Shown here in pieces: positions 55,985 through 64,000 of a stretch of 64,000 bases of DNA. Every line of letters begins with the position of its first letter. Within the stretch, counting starts at the first letter, position 1. The stretch lies in assembly GCF_009914755.1 (NCBI RefSeq), contig NC_060938.1, one strand, 5' to 3'. The notes below the pieces were generated by a model, which did no database searches, was not told where the DNA came from, and was given only the letters and a program-made list of their open reading frames with translations. This DNA is from the human T2T-CHM13v2.0 reference genome, Homo sapiens. The translations under genes and the position numbers were made by a program.

Positions 55985-58900
55985 TGAACTACTCTATACC
56001 TTGGCCACTTACCAATTTTTTCACAAAATTGAGAATTTCTGCCAAGCAGTATGATTAAGTAGAAATAAGAAAAATCACAAAATTTACCTATCTTTCTCTT
56101 CTCTCTCTCTTCTGTCAAAGGAGCTTCATTCTTTCCACGTTTATTTGATTTGTAGTTCTAAATTCCCACATAAGTATGAAGTTTTATGCTTACCTGCCAC
56201 TAGCAAACTATGCCTCTCTCCATTAACCTCTGACCAGATAAATCTCTTCTAAAACCTAAAAGAATATTTAGATAAAAATCACATCACCGTCAATCCCTGA
56301 AATCTCTTCTAAAATCTAGAAGAATATTTTGATAGAGAGTACATCGTGGATACTCTTCTATGAAAGAATGAAAAAGTGATCACTTGTCATAATGTGATTT
56401 TCACCTGCAAGAAAGATAATTTTTTCATTGACCAATAGCATGTTGATATAAGGAAGCAACAGCTGTTATCTTTGTTTTCTTATTTATTGGCGGGGAAATG
56501 GTACCATTTGGTACACTAGGAAAGGTTAACTTGCCCATAATTACACTTCTAGTTTGTGGTAAAGCTAAATTCAGAACACAAGACAAAGCTCAGATACTAA
56601 GACTTAAGGTGTTTTCCAAAAGACTGTTTTTGTCTTTTCCCCCTTTCCATTAAGATGAGAAGAGAAATACTTTTACACCTAATAGAAAAAATTATAGCAC
56701 AACATTCACATGATTATAAAATATTCATATTTGAAAGTTATCCATGTATGATATGCACATTCTAGATAAATGTTCTCATTACCTACATGGAATTTTGGAA
56801 AACAAACTCATAGAAAATTGCTTAAAAGATAAAAATTATACAAGATAGTGGAATTCATTAGAAATATGATGAATAATTTCACAAATATCTGCCACTGCAC
56901 ACTTCAAAACAGTCACTGCTCTGAAGGCTAATATTAAAAAAAATTCCAAATGACTTTAGCTATTTAAAATAAGATATCAAATGGACCAGATATCACAGGG
57001 TGAACAAAATCTCCTTAAACAGAAGGGAAAATGTGATTTTCATTTGGGCTCCAATAAGGTTAATTTTGATAATGGTACTTTAGTTAGCGGTCACAACTAA
57101 TTTTCCTATTAAAGTGTTGAGTACAACAGAAGTACACATTTTTTCTAGAGCAATTTCAAACCCCAGATTTTCCATTTTTTTCTCTGATATACATAAAGTT
57201 GTTTGTAAAAAATACTTAGGACATTTTTAGTCCTATACTTAATGCAAGATGCAACTAGTGTCATAAAAATTTTCCATTTTAACAATGAAGCATGGGCCTG
57301 TATTCAACCACGTCATTCAATTCAACCACTGTGCCTGAACCATTTTCAGTACCATTCATATAGCTTTGGTATTGTCATCTGGCTTTTGTGTGCCTATTTG
57401 CTTTTTATCATAATCTCTTCCATCTGCTAGATCACATTTAGTGCAACAATATCCTGATACAGACTGATAAAACCTGCCATTATGATACATCACTCACATT
57501 TCCATTCTAATTTGACTTTTGCTATTTTGTTACAACCACCTGTCGAGGATACAGCATCTGATCTTACCTATTAATAACATCATAGAAAAATATTGAAGGT
57601 GTGTAAATTGCTTTGGAAAATGTTTGGATTTCTAATACATATCCATTTACTCCTATTAATATATTATTTAGAAATATAATATTAAAATTTTTATTCTGGA
57701 TGCACCAAGAGCATCTATACAGTGTAGGAATAAAACATGCAGTTATCTGGTCCTCAAAAGAGCATCTACTGTCTATGTGCTAGTTGAGGCAACATAGAAC
57801 ATGATTTTATCATTATTGCATGTATTAAAGCAAATATTCTCCCTTCATTCAAATCTGAGTAAATTCAACTGCTAAGATTTGTGGAATCTGGGAACCTAAA
57901 AGACTACTCTATATACAATGTTTGCTGAAAACATGCATTCCTGCTGAAAACAGCAGGGTGCATTCAGCACCTCTTCATATCATGCACACAGAGAACAGAG
58001 ATGGCTGAAAAGACACTATGATAACTGCACCATAATTAAACAATTGATACTTTCCCTCCTTCCTAACAATCTGGAGTAATTCAAAACCATTATGTTTCTC
58101 ACATATATGAACAATAACATTGTAGGTCGATTAGGTGAAACTCTACGTCAATGTCAGAACACAGTAAATATTTGCACCACTAATATGCAAAGCCATGAAT
58201 TAGAACTTCAAATCATCATGTTGTTCACAGTCATTCTTTTATAGCTTTACACCAATAGTTAGTTTTGAAGCACTGGCTAAAGTTAAACTAACAACTTCTA
58301 TAATCAGATTCTTATTTTAACCACACATTCACCTTTAAAAGCTTAAGCCAAACTTGACTTAAACAAATAGAAAAATACCCTGAAATTCAATAAATGTCAG
58401 AGGTCACGAAAAAGATATCATCCTCACCATGAAAGCAACAAAATTCCAATTTCAAGGCTGATTCTTTACTCCATAATTATTTCATTTTCTTGTGTTTGTG
58501 GTAGGTAGATATTGTAGCATTACATGGAGACGTGTTCCCCTGAAAACTTCCATTATGGTTAATGGAAGTTATACGCATAAAGAAAGGAAAATGGAGCCCA
58601 TGGCTCATATGTTTTGAGACTCCTAGATTAAAGAGGCACATCTTGTGGGCATGTGAAGTTCAATAGAAATTCTAAAATAGCAACTGTTTTTATAAATCAC
58701 TGTTTTGCACTTCTCAAGTCTGAATGTGATAACATGTCTTTCAGTTCTAGTGGCTTTGGTTGGGAATACTGGGAGATAGAAAAGCTCATACAAATGGGTA
58801 TAATAGATCAAGATATCTCCTTCGATTTTGCCATCATCTTTTGCATATTGTTAACATATATGTACAGATGGTCCCGTAATATATAAATTACTCACACATT

Positions 58901-60229
58901 TTTTTCAACTTCATGCAAACACTAACTCCCCTGCTCCCCATATTAAATGCTGTGCATGCACTGACTGAAAAGTATGCTTCCCTGAACGACTTCCTAAAAT
59001 ACAGTTTAGTCAAAAGAAATAAGTTCTCCTGGGTTCTTACAAGTGAATGTGTATTTTATTCTCAATCCTTATCATTTAAGGGACTAGCTATATACAGGAC
59101 AACTCTTTGTGACTTTTTTTAAAAACTTGATAATAGGCACTTTCTACAAAGAGGATTTGAATTCAAAAGACTAAAATTCAGTCTTTAGTATCCCCCTTTC
59201 ACAAATGGACCTGCCTGAGCCACAATAGCTTATTGAATCAACTCAGCAGAAGTCCAGCAGTAGAAGTGTGTGCAAAAAGCTTTAAAAAACTATAACCACA
59301 ATAAAATGATAGAAAAGCAGTTATCTGAGTCGAGCAACTTAATGTCTACTTCTTGGTTGGTTGGTTTGTTTGTTTTACCACATTTCATGTGTTATCACTA
59401 CAAACACTAGGATTCATGTGTCAACAATCCGTACCAGTGTTTCATTCTTTCTAAGTTATATACATGCCACAAAAATTTATCTATCTGTTTACATTCTTTT
59501 TTATTTTATACTATAATAGTTAGCATTTTGATATGATTACTTAAATGCTTTTTTTTTTGTATGTTTCTTTGCTAACAAGCCTTTCAATGTCACTCTTGAA
59601 CATGTTTTGGAAATACAAATTTAGAGCATTTATCAGCTTTGGAAATTCAGCATCTCTTACATGAATTGTCAAAAGGCCCTTATACCCTGTGGTGCAGTGT
59701 TTCTATAATAACATACTCTATATTAATAGTTTAGTATTTATGATGTTGATAATGTCAGCTTACAAGATGGCAGCTGTTCTCCAAGAAGGAGGGAGTAGGG
59801 ATTTCCTTACATAAGAGCTAATGATTACTATCTAAGTATAATGTTAAAAAACGAGAGGTATAGTTGATCAAAAATGTAATTCATGCACAAAACCCATAGC
59901 AATAAGTTTTCAATATCCCACACTCTTATCTGACTTAGGCAACTAAACAGTCATTTAAATGGAGCAAACACTGCCTGTAGGGGAAAAGAACCTAACACTA
60001 AGTTACAGAAAAATATCCTATGGAAAGAGATCATAACATGGTACTAATAGTTTAAAAGACTGAACTCTTCCTTGGCATTAATCTATACTTTTAACTTAAC
60101 AGAACAGTGAGAAAATGATAGCTCGATATACATACTCAGCCTGAGATCAAATTTGTCATGGCAACATTGGCAGGTTGGACCCTGATTCTTCAAATATTAC
60201 ATTGCCTTGGGTAACAAAAATCATACTCT

Positions 60230-60235
60230 TTTATT
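60230..60235 (-). terminator. Candidate proximal polyadenylation signal (AATAAA), ~250 nt after the KCNH5 stop
   Basis: Plus-strand TTTATT. It is the first canonical hexamer I found after the stop and is followed by a U-rich tract (gatttttgtt). Confidence 0.55.
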
Positions 60236-60487
60236 ATAGAATAGAGATTATAAATAAATGTAAAGTGTGCATGCAGTCAACTGCATAATATACAAGCAAT
60301 ATCTATGTTTTTAATCATCATCTTCTTTGGCAGGCCAGAATCCAGCTGGACATGCAATATTTACATATCAAAATCCATGTGTGGTCATCATCTTGAAAGC
60401 AAGTGAAAATATATATATGTATATACTGTATATACACACATATGTATATACTGTTTTAATATATTAACAAATATATATGTATATATA

Positions 60488-61490
<1,003 letters not shown>

Positions 61491-61943
61491 TTGTATAATA
61501 CTATGCTGTATGTGCTTTGTGTTACAAAGAAAACCCTTGAATATTTGATAAGATTATTTCTCAAGAAAAAAAAATTTAAATACCATTTATGGAATTGCAT
61601 TTATGAAATTTATGGATGCAATATGGCTTAAACCCAACATAGAAATGTTGGCTACTTACTTACTTAGTTCTAGTCCCCTACATATCAGAGGGAGAATTAC
61701 TCAAGAGACAACTGAATAGAGAGGTACTTTGCTTCTAGTTTATGTTCCCCTTATATTACCGTTAGTAGGAAATACACACATACATACACACATACATATT
61801 TGTATATGTATATATGTGTATACATATATAAGGAAATACATATTTATCCCTTAAATTTCTCTGTAATGAATTGCCACTTTTGTATGATTTTCCTTATTGT
61901 GTAGAAATAAGTTTCAAAACCATTTTTAATATTATCCTCTGTT

Positions 61944-62358
<415 letters not shown>

Positions 62359-63775
62359 TTATGCGACCCTAGAAGGCAGAACTAGAATTTGTGAGGAAAA
62401 GTTTCCGGGAGGTAACACCAGCTTAGTACACAGACTTCATTGCAAACTGCTCTCTATTGAATAAACTGCCTCGAAAACTCATGATCGTTCTACCACTAAA
62501 AGGTTAAGATAGAAGTATGTTTTCCATATGACATGTTCACTGGGTTGGAGGTTGAACTCTTTAATTTCCCAGATTCTTTACATTTTAAACATAAAATTAA
62601 ATACATAGTACAGGTGAGGGGTTAGATATCCACAAATAAATGAGCATCATTTTATTTAAAATGTATTTTGAAGATAATAATGGGAAGAACTTATGATAAC
62701 CCCATCAGAAGAAATAAAAAATGTTGGCTATATAAGAAATTGCCACATATATTATCAGAGTTGGAAGTAAAGTTAATAAGTGTGAGATTTTTGCTCAGAG
62801 TCCTGAAAAGCAAAGTAACTGCAGGTGAAGGCTGTAAGGAAAATCAAAAAAGAGTTATATTAGATAAGGCACTTTCAGAATCAGACAATTTTATCACTCA
62901 AGGAAAATAACTTACCTTGATCACCCTCTGTAGGTTGTTGGTTAGAGTAGAAACACATGTGAAGCACGTGTTCTCTAACCCATAACAGACACTCAACATA
63001 TGTTGGTTCTCTCTCCTTGAACTCTCATAAAATACTCCTATCTGAAACCATTTACTATCTTTTGAATATTCAGCAGCTGCCTGGAGTAACATATAATCAT
63101 TGATTTTACACCAAAAACCAATACTACTGATGGTCACCGTTAACAGAAAAGCCAGAAAGATAGGAATTCCCCTTCCAGGTAAGAGTACATTTTCTAAAAT
63201 GAGATTGATGCACTAAATTCAGTTTATCGAGTGGTACTAATTTGTATTTTGAAATAAATTCAGTAACTGTCTGTAAAGGCCAACATATTTTTTCTTGTTA
63301 GTGGCACATGAAATTGGGTCTTTTTAAAATATGTAATAATAATCTCAAATTCTGACATCAAAGCTCCAGCAGTTTAATTAGAAGTCTTTCAAAGGGTTGA
63401 CACAATTCTTATGCTTCCCAAGTAAACATAGGTTGTACTAAGTCTTCAAGATATGAACATTCTTTAGAACCAGACAGACCCAGACACAGGAACGCAGATA
63501 CTATTTTCCTATTTCAGCCCCTTTTTGAAAAAGTACTCACTTTGATTCTATGGGTGGACATGAGAGGCCTAATATGAATGATTTTCCACATCCCCCTTCC
63601 CACTCACCACTTACCCTTTTTATTTTTTTAAGGTGGTTGTTTAGCCTAGGATAGACATAGTGTTGGCTCGATGTGGTAACTGAGAGCAGCCTTCACATTT
63701 GGGAAAATGGAACCGTTTCAAAGTCAGTGGAGTGTGACAAGTGGTAGGAACACAGGAAGGTCAGGTAAAATGCAG

Positions 63776-63928
63776 GTCCCCTGTGCAATATTTGGGACAT
63801 ACTAAAAACATCAGACATTATAAATCTGAATTGGACATATGTATTCTTTAACAAATATTCTTTGTTTATTCGAATTTTAATTTTACCTGGGAGTCCTGTA
63901 TTTTTGTTTGCTAAATTTGGCAACCCTA
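63776..63928. mobile_element. MER53 MITE, partial
   Basis: gcaatatttgggacatac...gtcctgtatttttgtttgctaaatttggcaacccta. Confidence 0.7.
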
Positions 63929-64000
63929 TTGGTATATAATAGACAAGGAAATTCCTATTTTGTAATGTCTACATGTCCTGCCATGCAGAGACTATAATGA

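Larger units (their letters stand above)
52444..60487 (-). other. KCNH5: Probable long 3'UTR of KCNH5 (distal end inferred)
   Basis: It follows the stop codon and runs ~8 kb with no Alu or LTR, unlike the repeat-rich flank. It is enriched in RBP motifs. AATAAA occurs at 52461-52466 and 52543-52548 (minus), followed by a GU-rich element (attgggtctttgttgg). The exact 3' end cannot be proven from sequence. Confidence 0.6.

Noticed and set aside
57963-57983. TTCAGCACC, a REST/NRSE half-site
   Set aside because: The right half-site (GGACAG) is missing.

Overview
This is primate (almost certainly human) AT-rich genomic DNA, not a microbial region. The only credible protein-coding sequence is the terminal coding exon of KCNH5 (EAG2/Kv10.2) on the minus strand (3' splice site at 61436/61435, stop at 60488). 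It is followed by a long, transposon-poor stretch (about 52.4-60.5 kb) that looks like a multi-kb neuronal 3'UTR. The remaining ~52 kb is downstream intergenic DNA made largely of interspersed repeats: Alus, L1 and L2 relics, MIRs, ERV1/ERVL/MaLR LTRs and DNA-transposon fossils. Nearly all other ORFs in the track are repeat-derived or chance ORFs. I found no new multi-gene system. The observations most worth following up are: (1) a 317-bp, ~97%-identical inverted duplication of part of an ancient L1, 956 bp apart, with a G-quadruplex motif in the spacer; (2) strand-biased clusters of RBFOX (UGCAUG x8) and Pumilio (UGUAHAUA x6) motifs in the proximal 2.7 kb of the KCNH5 3'UTR, mostly beyond a proximal poly(A) signal; (3) a 59-bp L1 tail insertion with 12-bp TSDs that puts a sense AAUAAA into that UTR; (4) a very young AluYd8-type insertion, antisense and ~500 nt upstream of the last splice acceptor; (5) several perfect palindromes and template-switch-like scars. 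Repeat subfamily names come from my memory of consensus sequences and need RepeatMasker/Dfam confirmation.
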